From contig JBAYTO010000003.1 of NCBI GenBank assembly GCA_041675585.1, forward strand, positions 21,396 through 85,395: a stretch of DNA of 64,000 nucleotides. Reading direction: 5' to 3'. Made by a program: the position numbers and the translations under genes. Positions 38,957-48,453 of the stretch are shown in pieces. Numbering within the stretch: the first letter of the stretch is position 1; each line of letters starts with the position of its first letter. The DNA is from Desulfurivibrionaceae bacterium. Its GTDB lineage: Bacteria; Desulfobacterota; Desulfobulbia; Desulfobulbales; Desulfurivibrionaceae. The notes under the pieces were generated by a model. That model was not told where the DNA came from. It saw only the letters and a list, made by a program, of their open reading frames with translations, and made no database searches.

Positions 38957-39827
38957 CTCGGCTCTCCTTGATGAATATTTTGGCATTGGGCAGTATTTCT
39001 TTAAATCCGGGAAACCCTTCCGGCAAGGTTTCGGCCTCGCCCAGCACCAAAGCGCCGCCTGGATGCAGACAACCGGCCAAGGTGGTCATAACCCGCCGCT
39101 GGCTCTCTCGTTTAAGATAAATCAAGACATTGCGACAAAGGATGAGGTTATAGCCGGAAAACACTCCGCCGCTGGGTGGCCGGTCGGTCGTGACATCGTG
39201 GCGAGCAAAGGCGACCATTCCCTTTATCTCCTCATGCAGGCGGTACCGGCCCTGCTCCTGAATGAAATAGCGGTCAAGCAGATTCTTCTTCACCTCGGCC
39301 ACACCCTCCTCCGGATACACCGCCTCCCGCGCCGCCAGAAGAGATTGCTCGTCTATGTCCGTGCCCAGGATAAAAATCGGAGGCGCAACCTGGTTACGGC
39401 CAAGCAGCTCCCGGAAAAGAATAGCCAGGGAGTAAGGCTCTTCCCCGCGGGCGCAACCAGCGCACCAGACCCGAATCGGTTCTGGACCGACGGCGAGCAG
39501 CCGAGGCAGAATGAGGGCGGCGAGCGCCTCAAAGACAAAGGGATTTCGGAAGAACCTGCTTACCTTGATGGTAAGAGAGTCAATCAGCGCCTCTATTTCC
39601 TGATTGTTTTCCGTGAGGTAACGATAATAGGCCGGGTAGTCCGGAAGGTTAAGAGCTGCCATCCGCAGAGCCAGCCGTCTGTTGGTGGCGCCGGGCTGAT
39701 AGGCCTTGAAGTCCAGCCCACGTCTCTCGCGCACATAATGGAGGATTCGGATGAGATCATCCGCATCGCCATCAGCAAGGGATCTTTTAAAAACCAGGCC
39801 GCTTCCGTTCTCCATAAGACACCCCAT
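38949..39827 (-). CDS. cheR: CheR-type protein-glutamate methyltransferase
   Basis: VSRFFRN, WCAGCARGEEPYSLA, ILGTDID, LILCRNVLIY, LVLGEAE. Confidence 0.9.
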   Translation of the reverse strand: MGCLMENGSGLVFKRSLADGDADDLIRILHYVRERRGLDFKAYQPGATNRRLALRMAALNLPDYPAYYRYLTENNQEIEALIDSLTIKVSRFFRNPFVFEALAALILPRLLAVGPEPIRVWCAGCARGEEPYSLAILFRELLGRNQVAPPIFILGTDIDEQSLLAAREAVYPEEGVAEVKKNLLDRYFIQEQGRYRLHEEIKGMVAFARHDVTTDRPPSGGVFSGYNLILCRNVLIYLKRESQRRVMTTLAGCLHPGGALVLGEAETLPEGFPGFKEILPNAKIFIKESRDA

Positions 39828-39937
39828 GGTGCAACCTTTACAAACGGGTCTCTGGCAACATTCCGTCAATCGTAACTAGAATATCACACCGGCAGCCCTT
39901 CTAACAAACAAAAGTTTCGCAAATAAAAAAAGGGGCA

Positions 39938-41179
39938 TCAATAGTACCCCCGCAACGACCAAAGCAAAGTAGTAGGCAGGATCCCCAATTCCGAACCGAT
40001 GGCGCCGCTTTCAGCCTTATCCCCCCAAGGAATGGACAGAGTGACCGCCAGCTCCGCCTCGTCGGAGAGCGAGTACACCCCGTTGAGACTCAGCAGCTGG
40101 GACTGATCGCTCCAGTTGGCAATAAGCAGGGCCTGCCCGGTCAACAGGGGAGAAAACTCATAGCCAGCACCCAGGGCGGTGTAGTCCCGCCCGGTGTAGC
40201 CTTCCCGCAGGCAACCCGCGGCCAGAGCCTGGTTCAGGGCCGAGCTGGAGCTGTATCCCTGGCCATGGTGGAACTGTTCCAACCGCAGCTCCAGGCTGTT
40301 GGCAAAACGATGTTCGATCCCCACGCTCACTTCGGTGCCGCCGGAAACCCCCTCCTGTTCCGGGGCCGCGTAATGCCCCTCCGCCCGGACGCCCAGCCAG
40401 TCAAACAGTTCGCCTTGCAAAGAAGCGCCGGTGATCCGCTGGTCGCGCACCAAGCCGGCGAGCAGCCCCCATTCCCAATCGTGACGGTTGACGGCCAGCC
40501 TGGCCAGCAGGGAGTTCCGGCTCCAGTCGGGCCGGTTTCGCCACTCGGTATCGGTATCGCTCTCCGCCGAATAGCCCAGCACCCCGATAAGGCTCAGCTG
40601 GGCGAGATTTCCAAGGCGCACCTCGGCCCGGCCACTGTCCACCCCAGGTTTGTAGGCCCGGTAAAAGGTTTGCGCCGCAAAGGGCGCAAAAAAATCATTG
40701 GGGGAAAAATACATGGTGGTGGCCAGATTAACCGGCTGCCGGCCCAGGCTCCACTCGATATTCCGGTGTACATAATGGAAGGCGGCGGTGTCCACGCTCA
40801 AGCTGGCCTCCGAGTTGGTACTCGCATGCTGCTGCCAGAAAAGCAGCCCGCTCCGCTCCGTCCCGACCGGTCTGGCGCCAAGACCGGGATTGGGGGCAGT
40901 GCGGATACTTTCCAAAAGGTTCAGGTCAAAACGAATATTCTCCCGATAATTTGCCGCAACCAGAAGCCTTTGCTCCAGATCCCAGAACAGATCTTCCCGG
41001 CGGTCATAAAACGCTGCCGCCTCGGGATTGCGGCTGTAAGCAGCGCTCAGGCCGGTAAACCCCCGCAGGCTAACGGAACCCTCCTCGAACTGCCGTTCGG
41101 AAAACGCCGGAGCGGGCGCAGGCAAAAGGAACAGCGCCCCCAGGCAAACCGCGGCCAGCACCAGCCCCCCCCTTCTCAC
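39938..41179 (-). CDS. Hypothetical exported, probable outer-membrane beta-barrel protein
   Basis: Signal peptide, alternating beta-strand pattern, RAYKPGVDSGR segment, aromatic C-terminus (LRGYY); GTGA overlap with the ABC ATPase stop. Confidence 0.65.
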   Translation of the reverse strand: MRRGGLVLAAVCLGALFLLPAPAPAFSERQFEEGSVSLRGFTGLSAAYSRNPEAAAFYDRREDLFWDLEQRLLVAANYRENIRFDLNLLESIRTAPNPGLGARPVGTERSGLLFWQQHASTNSEASLSVDTAAFHYVHRNIEWSLGRQPVNLATTMYFSPNDFFAPFAAQTFYRAYKPGVDSGRAEVRLGNLAQLSLIGVLGYSAESDTDTEWRNRPDWSRNSLLARLAVNRHDWEWGLLAGLVRDQRITGASLQGELFDWLGVRAEGHYAAPEQEGVSGGTEVSVGIEHRFANSLELRLEQFHHGQGYSSSSALNQALAAGCLREGYTGRDYTALGAGYEFSPLLTGQALLIANWSDQSQLLSLNGVYSLSDEAELAVTLSIPWGDKAESGAIGSELGILPTTLLWSLRGYY

Positions 41180-41871
41180 CCGCGCACCTCGTCGCGCTCC
41201 AGCCTGCCATCCCGGAGATGGATAAGCCGGTGCGCCCGATCCATAACCCGCTGGTCGTGGGTGGAAAAGAGAAAAGTTATCCCCTGTTCCCGGTTAAGTT
41301 TCACCATGAGATCGAGGATCGCATCGGCCGTGGCCGAGTCCACATTGGCGGTGGGCTCATCCGCCAGAACAATAGCTGGATGGGAGACGATGGCCCGGGC
41401 AATGGCCACCCGCTGCTGCTGGCCGCCGGAAAGCTCATCGGGCCTGCGCTCGGCCAGTTCGGCCATGCCCACCTCGGCCAGTACCGCCATGACCCGCCGG
41501 CGCCGCTCAGCAAAGGGGATGTTCTGCAGGGCCAGGACGAACTCGGCATTCTCGCAGGCGGTCAGCACCGGATTGAGGTTGTAAGACTGAAAGACAAAAC
41601 CGATGCGGTCGCGCCGCAGCCGGGCCAGACCGCTACGCCCCAGCTCAGCGAGATCACGCCCCTCCAGCCGCACCTTGCCAAGAGTCGGCTCATCCAGGGC
41701 GCCGATCAGATTGAGGATCGTCGTTTTTCCGGAGCCGGACGGCCCGCAGAGTACGCTGAATTCCCCGGCCTGCACCTTTAGGGAAAACTCCGTCACCGCA
41801 GCGACCTGCACCTTGCCCTGCTGGTAAATCCGACTGACATTTTCAAGCTGCACAAGCGGGGTGTTGTTCAT
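41176..41871 (-). CDS. ABC transporter ATP-binding protein (LolD/MacB-like)
   Basis: GPSGSGKT, LSGGQQQRVAIARA, ADEPTANVD, FSTHD. Confidence 0.93.
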   Translation of the reverse strand: MNNTPLVQLENVSRIYQQGKVQVAAVTEFSLKVQAGEFSVLCGPSGSGKTTILNLIGALDEPTLGKVRLEGRDLAELGRSGLARLRRDRIGFVFQSYNLNPVLTACENAEFVLALQNIPFAERRRRVMAVLAEVGMAELAERRPDELSGGQQQRVAIARAIVSHPAIVLADEPTANVDSATADAILDLMVKLNREQGITFLFSTHDQRVMDRAHRLIHLRDGRLERDEVRG

Positions 41872-41935
41872 GGTTTGCTCTTCCATCCTGATAAAATAAG
41901 AGAGTTCTTTGTTTTCATATGCAGTTAAAATCCCA

Positions 41936-42117
41936 TTGGCCCGCAGCCGAGCACCGGAGAGGCTGCCGAAAAAGGGCTTTGCACTGTTTGAGGCGCAGCC
42001 GAGTTTGCAAAGCCCCGGCAGCATCGAGGAGCGCAAGGTATCCCGCCCTCGGCGGGACAAGGGACACAGGGGGCCCTTTCTTTGGTTCGTTTCTTTGGGC
42101 AAGCAAAGAAATGAACA
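41936..42117. repeat. Highly palindromic intergenic element (MITE/REP-like)
   Basis: Stems GGGCTTTGCA/TGCAAAGCCC (41974-42015), TCCCGCC/GGCGGGA (42041-42057), GTTCGTTTCTTTG/CAAAGAAATGAAC (42085-42116). Boundaries approximate. Confidence 0.6.
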
Positions 42118-42136
42118 AATGGTAATTAATACGTAT

Positions 42137-43378
42137 TTACCCCTGCTTCAAATTCTCCACCGGCGTAGTCCTCCCCGCCTTGAAGGCCGGAAAGATCCCG
42201 GCCACCAGCGTCAGGGAAAACACCGCCCCGGCAATCCACAGGGCGCTTTCCCTGTAGAGCCGGAACTTCATCACCGGGTCGACGAGAACCCCGCCGGCGC
42301 TGTAATCCTCCCCTATCTGCCTGCTGAAATCAAGGCCGACCGTGGCCATGTAGAAAAACCAGGGGGTGGTGATGATCACCCCCAGAATCAACCCCAGAAT
42401 CCCCAGCCAGCAAGACTCCAGCAGCACCAGCCGCACCACCTGACCCGGCATCATCCCCAGGGCCATCATGACCCCGAATTCCCGCCGCCGCTCCATGACG
42501 CTCATCAACAGGGTATTCATGATCCCGGCGGCGATGACCAGACCAACGAGAAACTGAAGCAGATAGTTGAACAGCCGGTCCACCTTGATAAGCCCGGCCA
42601 GATCCGGCTGGCTCTCCTGCCAGGTGAGTACCCCGATATCCTGACTTTTTACCCACAGCCGGGCCAACGTGGTCTTGATCGGCACTGCCTGCCGGTGATC
42701 GGCAAGAAAGATCGCCACCAGGGAAGCGGCGCTGGGCTCATAGCCGAGGGCTTTGCGGACCAGAGCCAGGGGCAACAGGACAACCGTCCCGTCCACCGAG
42801 TCGTCCCCGGTCTTAAAAATACCGCTCACCCGGCCCAATTCGCTGACCAGCTCCCCATCCTTGTCGGTCATGGTGAAGATCAGCTTCTTGCCCAGACGCA
42901 GGTTCAGCTTTTCCGCCATCTTTGCCCCGACCACCACTCCGTGTTCCTCACCGGCGGAAAAAAGCCGCCCCTCCATCAAGGTACGCAGGAAAATATTGTG
43001 GGCCGGGGTTTCCCGGGCCGGATCGATGGCAATGAAGGCGCCACCAACGCTCTTGGCGCCGCTGGCGAACATGGCCTGCCCCATGATGCGGACCTGAGCG
43101 GCGGTAACCCCGGGGATTTGCAAGGCCTTCTGTTGCACGGCTTCTGCATCAAGCAGCCGCTTGTCCAGGGTCGGGGTATCCTGGTAGTCCTGATGCTCCA
43201 CGCTCAGATGCCCCAGCCCCATCACCGCGCTGGTGTTGATCATGTTGGTGTAGGCATAGTCGCCGGAGGCGGTAAAGGTCACGGAGAGCAAAACACCGAA
43301 GGCCACGGAAAAGGCGGTGATCACGCTCCGCCGTTTGCTGCGCATCAGGGTTCGCCAGGCCATGGTCGCAAGCTGCAT
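42137..43378 (-). CDS. ABC transporter permease (LolE/FtsX-like)
   Basis: MAWRTLMRSKRRS, large periplasmic domain, SVMERRREFGVMMALG. Confidence 0.9.
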   Translation of the reverse strand: MQLATMAWRTLMRSKRRSVITAFSVAFGVLLSVTFTASGDYAYTNMINTSAVMGLGHLSVEHQDYQDTPTLDKRLLDAEAVQQKALQIPGVTAAQVRIMGQAMFASGAKSVGGAFIAIDPARETPAHNIFLRTLMEGRLFSAGEEHGVVVGAKMAEKLNLRLGKKLIFTMTDKDGELVSELGRVSGIFKTGDDSVDGTVVLLPLALVRKALGYEPSAASLVAIFLADHRQAVPIKTTLARLWVKSQDIGVLTWQESQPDLAGLIKVDRLFNYLLQFLVGLVIAAGIMNTLLMSVMERRREFGVMMALGMMPGQVVRLVLLESCWLGILGLILGVIITTPWFFYMATVGLDFSRQIGEDYSAGGVLVDPVMKFRLYRESALWIAGAVFSLTLVAGIFPAFKAGRTTPVENLKQG

Positions 43379-43388
43379 CAATACACTC

Positions 43389-44612
43389 CTAGCGGTGGTA
43401 GATGGCGGCAAGAGGCTTGAGCATCGCCGCCTTGAGCGCGGGATAGAGGATGGCCAACCCCGCGACCAGATAGAGGAAAATGACGGGCAGCACCACACTG
43501 TTGACGGTTACGACACAATACCATTTCGCATCCAGGGCGACCCCGGCAATGGTGGATGACGATTGAACAAAAGACGAAAAATCAATGGGATGGATGGCAA
43601 AATAAAAGGAAAGTGGCAACCCTGCGGCCAAAGCCAAAAACACCGCGACGGTGACCTGAAGCATGCTCTCCACCACGATCATGGCGAAAAGCCCCCAGGG
43701 AGAAAAGCCCAGGGCCTTCATGACCCCGAATTCGGGAATCCGCTCAAAGACGCTCATCAGCAGGGCGTTGAGAGTCAGGATGCCCACGGCGGCATAGGTG
43801 ATGAGCAGCATGATCACCAGGGAGACATCGCTCATCTCAAAAAGCCGGGCCAGTACCGGCTGGAGCTGTCGCCAGTTGCGCACCTCATAGCAGGGCAGCA
43901 AGCGGGCCAGCCGTCCGGTCGCCCGAGTCAGATCTTCGCTGGCCTGCCGGCGCTTGACCACGATCTGCTGCACCCCCTGCGGCACGAGCATCAGTCGGCG
44001 AAAGGCGGCAGCGGCGAGGAAAAAGCCGCCGCGATCCACCCCTTCGGACACCGATTTCAGGATGCCCCGCACCCGAAAAAGCTCATTGGCCATGGAGCCG
44101 TCCGCAGCCTGGGCCACCACCACCACTTCGTCTCCCAGCTTCAGCCCCAAAATCCGGGCCAGCTTGCGGCCAACCACCACCCCGGCCGGATCATCCTCGG
44201 CAAGCCATTGCCCCTGCCAGACATGCTGATGGATGTCGGTAACCAACGGCTCCCGCAGCAGATCCACCCCTCGCAGCTCGATGCCGCTTGAGGCATTACC
44301 CGCTGCGGCCAGGCCGCTGGCGTACAGCCTAGGGGCCGCGACAAAACCCGCCCGGTCGAGTTGGGCCAGCACCTCCTCTTCCCCAGCAATGCGTTTATAG
44401 AGATCCGGATCGGCGCGATAGCCTCGGGCGTGGACCTGGAATTCGCCAAGATCCATGCCCACCGCGTTTTTCTCCATGCCGGCGAGCCAACCTTCCAGCA
44501 GGCTGGCATAGAAGATCATGATCGCGCAGGCAAAGGCCATGGCTGCCACGGTGATCCGGGTTCTGGTCCGGGCGCGGTTAAAATTTCTGAAGGCAAAGGA
44601 AACAATCAGCAC
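43389..44612 (-). CDS. ABC transporter permease (LolE/FtsX-like)
   Basis: AFRNFNRARTRT and SVFERIPEFGVMKALG. Confidence 0.9.
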   Translation of the reverse strand: MLIVSFAFRNFNRARTRTRITVAAMAFACAIMIFYASLLEGWLAGMEKNAVGMDLGEFQVHARGYRADPDLYKRIAGEEEVLAQLDRAGFVAAPRLYASGLAAAGNASSGIELRGVDLLREPLVTDIHQHVWQGQWLAEDDPAGVVVGRKLARILGLKLGDEVVVVAQAADGSMANELFRVRGILKSVSEGVDRGGFFLAAAAFRRLMLVPQGVQQIVVKRRQASEDLTRATGRLARLLPCYEVRNWRQLQPVLARLFEMSDVSLVIMLLITYAAVGILTLNALLMSVFERIPEFGVMKALGFSPWGLFAMIVVESMLQVTVAVFLALAAGLPLSFYFAIHPIDFSSFVQSSSTIAGVALDAKWYCVVTVNSVVLPVIFLYLVAGLAILYPALKAAMLKPLAAIYHR

Positions 44613-44622
44613 GTTTCACCTC

Positions 44623-45414
44623 TCAGCGGCGGCGCAACTCCAGCAGGGAAAAAAGCGACTCCGGCAGCTCCAGGTCAAAACGCAGGGATTCGTAAACCAG
44701 CTCCGTGTATTCGCCGGGCTTGTCCGTGGGCACCACCTTAAGCAGGGCAGGCAGGAGGCGCCCCCCCATGTTCGTGACCTCGCTGAAATAGATGGTGCGG
44801 GCCAGGACATTGTCCTCGTCGTAGTAAGTAGCAAGCAGAGGCAGGTGACCCTGAGCCGTGACGGTCATGACGATCCGGCCCCAGACCACGGCGGCGTCGG
44901 GGTGCGGCAGCAGGGTGAATTCGATGATCTCCCTACCCTCCCTTTTCCCCTTAAAGCTGATCCTCGGCTCATAATCCTCGGCCAGCCGCGACTCCTTGAC
45001 CAGATCGTCGTTGGTGAAATGGCTGCCCATCCAGGAGCTCATCATCATGCTGGAGGTTAGGCGGATGGTGCGGTCGGTTTTGGAAAGATAGGTGTACATG
45101 GTGTTGCCGGTTTTCAGGCTGGCGGTATCTTTTTCCTTAAGCGGCGAGATGATACGGACCAGGGATTTGTCCTTGCCCTTGGACCACATCTCCATGCGCA
45201 TACTCCGGGTGTAGTTGGCGGTTTTCACCTGCATTCGCACCGTGCCCTGGGAACTGGTGGCGCGCCAGAGATCGTCGATCTCCAGAAGAATGGCCCGGGC
45301 CTCCTGCTCGTCCGAGGATTGGGCGGAAAGGGCGGTTCCCGTCTGCAAAAAAAGACCGGCGCAAAGAACCAGCAGAGCCAAAAAGATGCGGGCAAGAGAG
45401 ACCGCCCGGTTCAT
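44623..45414 (-). CDS. Outer-membrane lipoprotein-sorting (LolA-like) protein
   Basis: Signal peptide; WMGSHFTNDDL and FSLLELRR patterns typical of this family; heads the permease operon. Confidence 0.75.
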   Translation of the reverse strand: MNRAVSLARIFLALLVLCAGLFLQTGTALSAQSSDEQEARAILLEIDDLWRATSSQGTVRMQVKTANYTRSMRMEMWSKGKDKSLVRIISPLKEKDTASLKTGNTMYTYLSKTDRTIRLTSSMMMSSWMGSHFTNDDLVKESRLAEDYEPRISFKGKREGREIIEFTLLPHPDAAVVWGRIVMTVTAQGHLPLLATYYDEDNVLARTIYFSEVTNMGGRLLPALLKVVPTDKPGEYTELVYESLRFDLELPESLFSLLELRRR

Positions 45415-47672
45415 AAGAGGGTGCCTGTATAGTTGAAGGTTCTTAGCCTGCTCCCCCCCCGTCCTGACTGGCCGGACTGGCGAAAGACGGCGAACAGTTC
45501 GTCCGGCCGGGGCCGCAGGTGGGAAAGATCAACCACCCCGTAAGCAACCCCCCGAGCGGCAAGCTCGGTGCTGTGCACCACCAGGGAAAAGGGCTGGTCG
45601 GCCACGGCCACGGTCTGGCCCCAGCACTGCTTAAGGACGATCACCTCGCCCTTGGGGCTGACCAGGGGCTGGTCGTATTTGAAAAACGGCGAGGCCAACC
45701 GGGCGGTGAAGAGCGGGGGCAGACCGTAAATGGTCAGGCCCACTGGCAGCGCGTTTGCATGGCCGAGAAGATCAAAGAGATTCTGCCGGTCGGTTTCAAT
45801 GGCCAGCTGGGCGTTGCTGAGCCCCAGTCCGGCCAGGGCTTGGACGCTCAGGCTGTTCAAGACGTTCAGGGTATAATCGCCAAAAAGAAGCAACCTCTCG
45901 GTCGGAGCCTGCCCACCCCTCCCTTTTTTGCGGCCGGGAGACGCACTTTCCCCGCCCGCGTCAACCGGTGCCTGGGCATCCGGCGCAAAAAGCAAGCGCT
46001 GGCCGATGTGGCCGATCTGCCAGGCGTGGTAACCGCTCTCCCGCAGATGGGCGATGGCCTCACGGTAAAAGGGCAGATCCGCCTCCAGGATCACCGGCGG
46101 CAGGGCCCAGACCAGCCGCCGCCGATACGGGGTCAGCCGTTTCTGCTGGCGTCCGTATTGGGCAAAGGTCCGGCGGGAGAGGGTAATGACCAGTCGCGAG
46201 GGGGGGGTGGGCAGCTGCACCTTGAGCGATTCAAAATCGTCGATTTTGAGCCACCATTCCAAGGGCAACTGCACCTGGGATAGGGGCCGGCGGCCTTGGG
46301 TTTGACCATGCGCCTGGCCGCGGACGGGCCTCTCCTCCCTGCTCCTGGCCGCGGCTGGCCTGCTGGCCGGTTTTCCCAAAAAATGGGCAATCTGGGTGAG
46401 CTTGCGGGGATCAACCAGATTGGCTATCTTTTTGCTGAACAGCCCCGGCTCAATCCCCTTTTTGCCTGCCAGTCGACGGCGTTCTTCCGAGTCCACCTTG
46501 TAGAGGCTGTCGCCCCATTGCGCGCCCGGCGGCAGATCGAGCTGCACCTTGCTGCCCATCGCCGCCTTGTCCAGGTCCACCTTGCCCTGCCACAGACCTT
46601 TCAGGGTAAAGGACTGCCGCTCGCCCGAGCCTTCCTGGTGGATACGCAGCCGGTCACCGGCCCGGAGCGGTTCTTTCAGGGTCATCCAGGCGCGATTGGC
46701 CGTGACCTTTTCGATCTTGCCCAAAAACAGGCCGATGTTGCCAGAGTGCTGCGGAGCGATGATGTCCGTTGGCTGCCCCTTTTTGAAATAACCGAGCGAG
46801 GGTTTGCGGCCCATGGCCTGCTCCAGCAGCTCTTTGCCCTCGGCCAGCACCGCCGGGGTCGCGGGATTATCCAGGGCCAGCCGGTAGGCCTTGACCACCG
46901 AGCCCACATACTGAGCGCTGCGCATCCGTCCTTCGATCTTCAGCGAGCTGACCCCGGCCTGCCGCAGCTGGGGAATCAGCTCGAGCCCGGCCAGATCGTT
47001 CATCGAAAAGAGATAGCCCGCCGGGCTCCCCTGGCTGCGCCCCTTGCCGCCCCAGGTGTAACGCCTCCGGCAGGGCTGGACGCACCTCCCTCTGAGCCCG
47101 CTTTTGCCGCCGAGATAGCTGCTGAACAGACACAGCCCGGAATAGGCGAAACACAAGGCCCCATGGACAAAGACCTCAAGCTCCACCGGGCATTGCTGGT
47201 GGATCAGACCTATCTCGCCTAAGGTCATCTCCCGGGCCAGCACCACCCTTGTAAATCCCATTTCGGCAAACTGGCGGACATTGAGGGAGTTGTGCGCGCC
47301 CATGAGGGTGCTGGCATGCAGGCGCAGGCCGGGGAAAAACTTGCGGGCCAGATAGGAGATACCGAGATCCTGGACGATGAGGGCATCGGCCTTGAGCGCC
47401 TCCAGGGCGGCCAGCTCCTCCACCGCCTTGGAGATCTCCTCTTCCTTCATCAGGCTGTTCATGGCCAGATAAACCCTGACCCCGTTTTTGTGGGCATGGT
47501 CGATCATCGCCGCCACCTCGGCCAGGGAGAAATGGCGGGCCAAGGCCCGGGCATTAAAGGCCGGGGCCCCGATATAGATGGCATCGGCGCCGCTCTCCGC
47601 CGCCGCCTCAAAGGCCTCGATGGTGCCGGCCGGGGCAAGCAGTTCCATGTTTGGTGCGGATTGTTTTTCCAT
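45411..47672 (-). CDS. U32-family protein (RlhA-like RNA hydroxylase, long form)
   Basis: ELLAPAG, GADAIY.G, FNAR, HASTLM, EVFVHGALC..YSG.C, RG.C.QPCR, LKIEGRMR. Confidence 0.85.
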   Translation of the reverse strand: MEKQSAPNMELLAPAGTIEAFEAAAESGADAIYIGAPAFNARALARHFSLAEVAAMIDHAHKNGVRVYLAMNSLMKEEEISKAVEELAALEALKADALIVQDLGISYLARKFFPGLRLHASTLMGAHNSLNVRQFAEMGFTRVVLAREMTLGEIGLIHQQCPVELEVFVHGALCFAYSGLCLFSSYLGGKSGLRGRCVQPCRRRYTWGGKGRSQGSPAGYLFSMNDLAGLELIPQLRQAGVSSLKIEGRMRSAQYVGSVVKAYRLALDNPATPAVLAEGKELLEQAMGRKPSLGYFKKGQPTDIIAPQHSGNIGLFLGKIEKVTANRAWMTLKEPLRAGDRLRIHQEGSGERQSFTLKGLWQGKVDLDKAAMGSKVQLDLPPGAQWGDSLYKVDSEERRRLAGKKGIEPGLFSKKIANLVDPRKLTQIAHFLGKPASRPAAARSREERPVRGQAHGQTQGRRPLSQVQLPLEWWLKIDDFESLKVQLPTPPSRLVITLSRRTFAQYGRQQKRLTPYRRRLVWALPPVILEADLPFYREAIAHLRESGYHAWQIGHIGQRLLFAPDAQAPVDAGGESASPGRKKGRGGQAPTERLLLFGDYTLNVLNSLSVQALAGLGLSNAQLAIETDRQNLFDLLGHANALPVGLTIYGLPPLFTARLASPFFKYDQPLVSPKGEVIVLKQCWGQTVAVADQPFSLVVHSTELAARGVAYGVVDLSHLRPRPDELFAVFRQSGQSGRGGSRLRTFNYTGTLL

Positions 47673-47763
47673 GAAGTTAATGTACCAGATCAAAAGCCGG
47701 TCCGCTTCCGGCAAAATCAGCGGAATCAGCCCGGGAAGACAAAAATGATGGGAGGTTAACCGC

Positions 47764-48453
47764 CTAATTTCTCTCGCCGAACAGGGCCGTACCCACCCGC
47801 ACCAAGGTGGCGCCTTCCTCGATGGCCACCTCGAAATCCCCGGACATCCCCATGGAAAGCTCCACCGGGCCGTGGAGGCCGAGCAACCTTTTGGCAATGA
47901 AGCTTTCGGACAACAGGCGCAATTGACGGAAAAAGGGGCGGGCCGCCTCGGGTTGGTCGAAAAAAGGCGGCATGGTCATCAGCCCCCGCACCTGCAGATG
48001 CTGGCATTGGGCCATCTCCCGCAACAACATCTCCGCCGCCTCCGGGGCAACCCCTGCCTTTTGCGGCTCGCACCCCACATTGACTTGAATCAGCACCGGC
48101 AGGGCCCGGCCTGCCGCTTCCCCCTGCCGGTCGAGCAAGCGGGCCAACTTTAGGCTGTCCACGGTCTCCAGCATGGCAAAAAGGTCGGCTGCCTCACCGG
48201 CCTTGTTGCTTTGCAGATGTCCGATGAAATGCCAGGTGAGTTCCGGCGGCAAGAGGGCAATCTTCTCCTTGGCCTCCTGGAGATAGTTCTCCCCGAAAAG
48301 ATTCTGCCCGGCCGCCACTGCCTCGGCGATTCTTGCAACCGGTACCCGCTTGCTCACCGCCACCAGGCGAACCTGCTCCGGCGCCCGCCCGGCCCGCCGG
48401 GCCGCCGCCGCCATCCGCTCGCGAATCAGGGCCAGGTTATCGGCAATACTCAT
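47764..48453 (-). CDS. yggS: PLP homeostasis protein (YggS family)
   Basis: LVAVSK, FGENY.QEA, WHFIGHLQSNK, LSMGMSGDFEVAIEEGATLVRVGTALFG. Confidence 0.95.
   Translation of the reverse strand: MSIADNLALIRERMAAAARRAGRAPEQVRLVAVSKRVPVARIAEAVAAGQNLFGENYLQEAKEKIALLPPELTWHFIGHLQSNKAGEAADLFAMLETVDSLKLARLLDRQGEAAGRALPVLIQVNVGCEPQKAGVAPEAAEMLLREMAQCQHLQVRGLMTMPPFFDQPEAARPFFRQLRLLSESFIAKRLLGLHGPVELSMGMSGDFEVAIEEGATLVRVGTALFGERN

Noticed and set aside
41872-42102. N-terminal extension of the ABC ATPase in the ORF track (also extensions of the U32 gene, rplM and the nitroreductase)
   Set aside because: They run through repeat or intergenic DNA or neighbouring genes; conserved domains begin at downstream ATGs.
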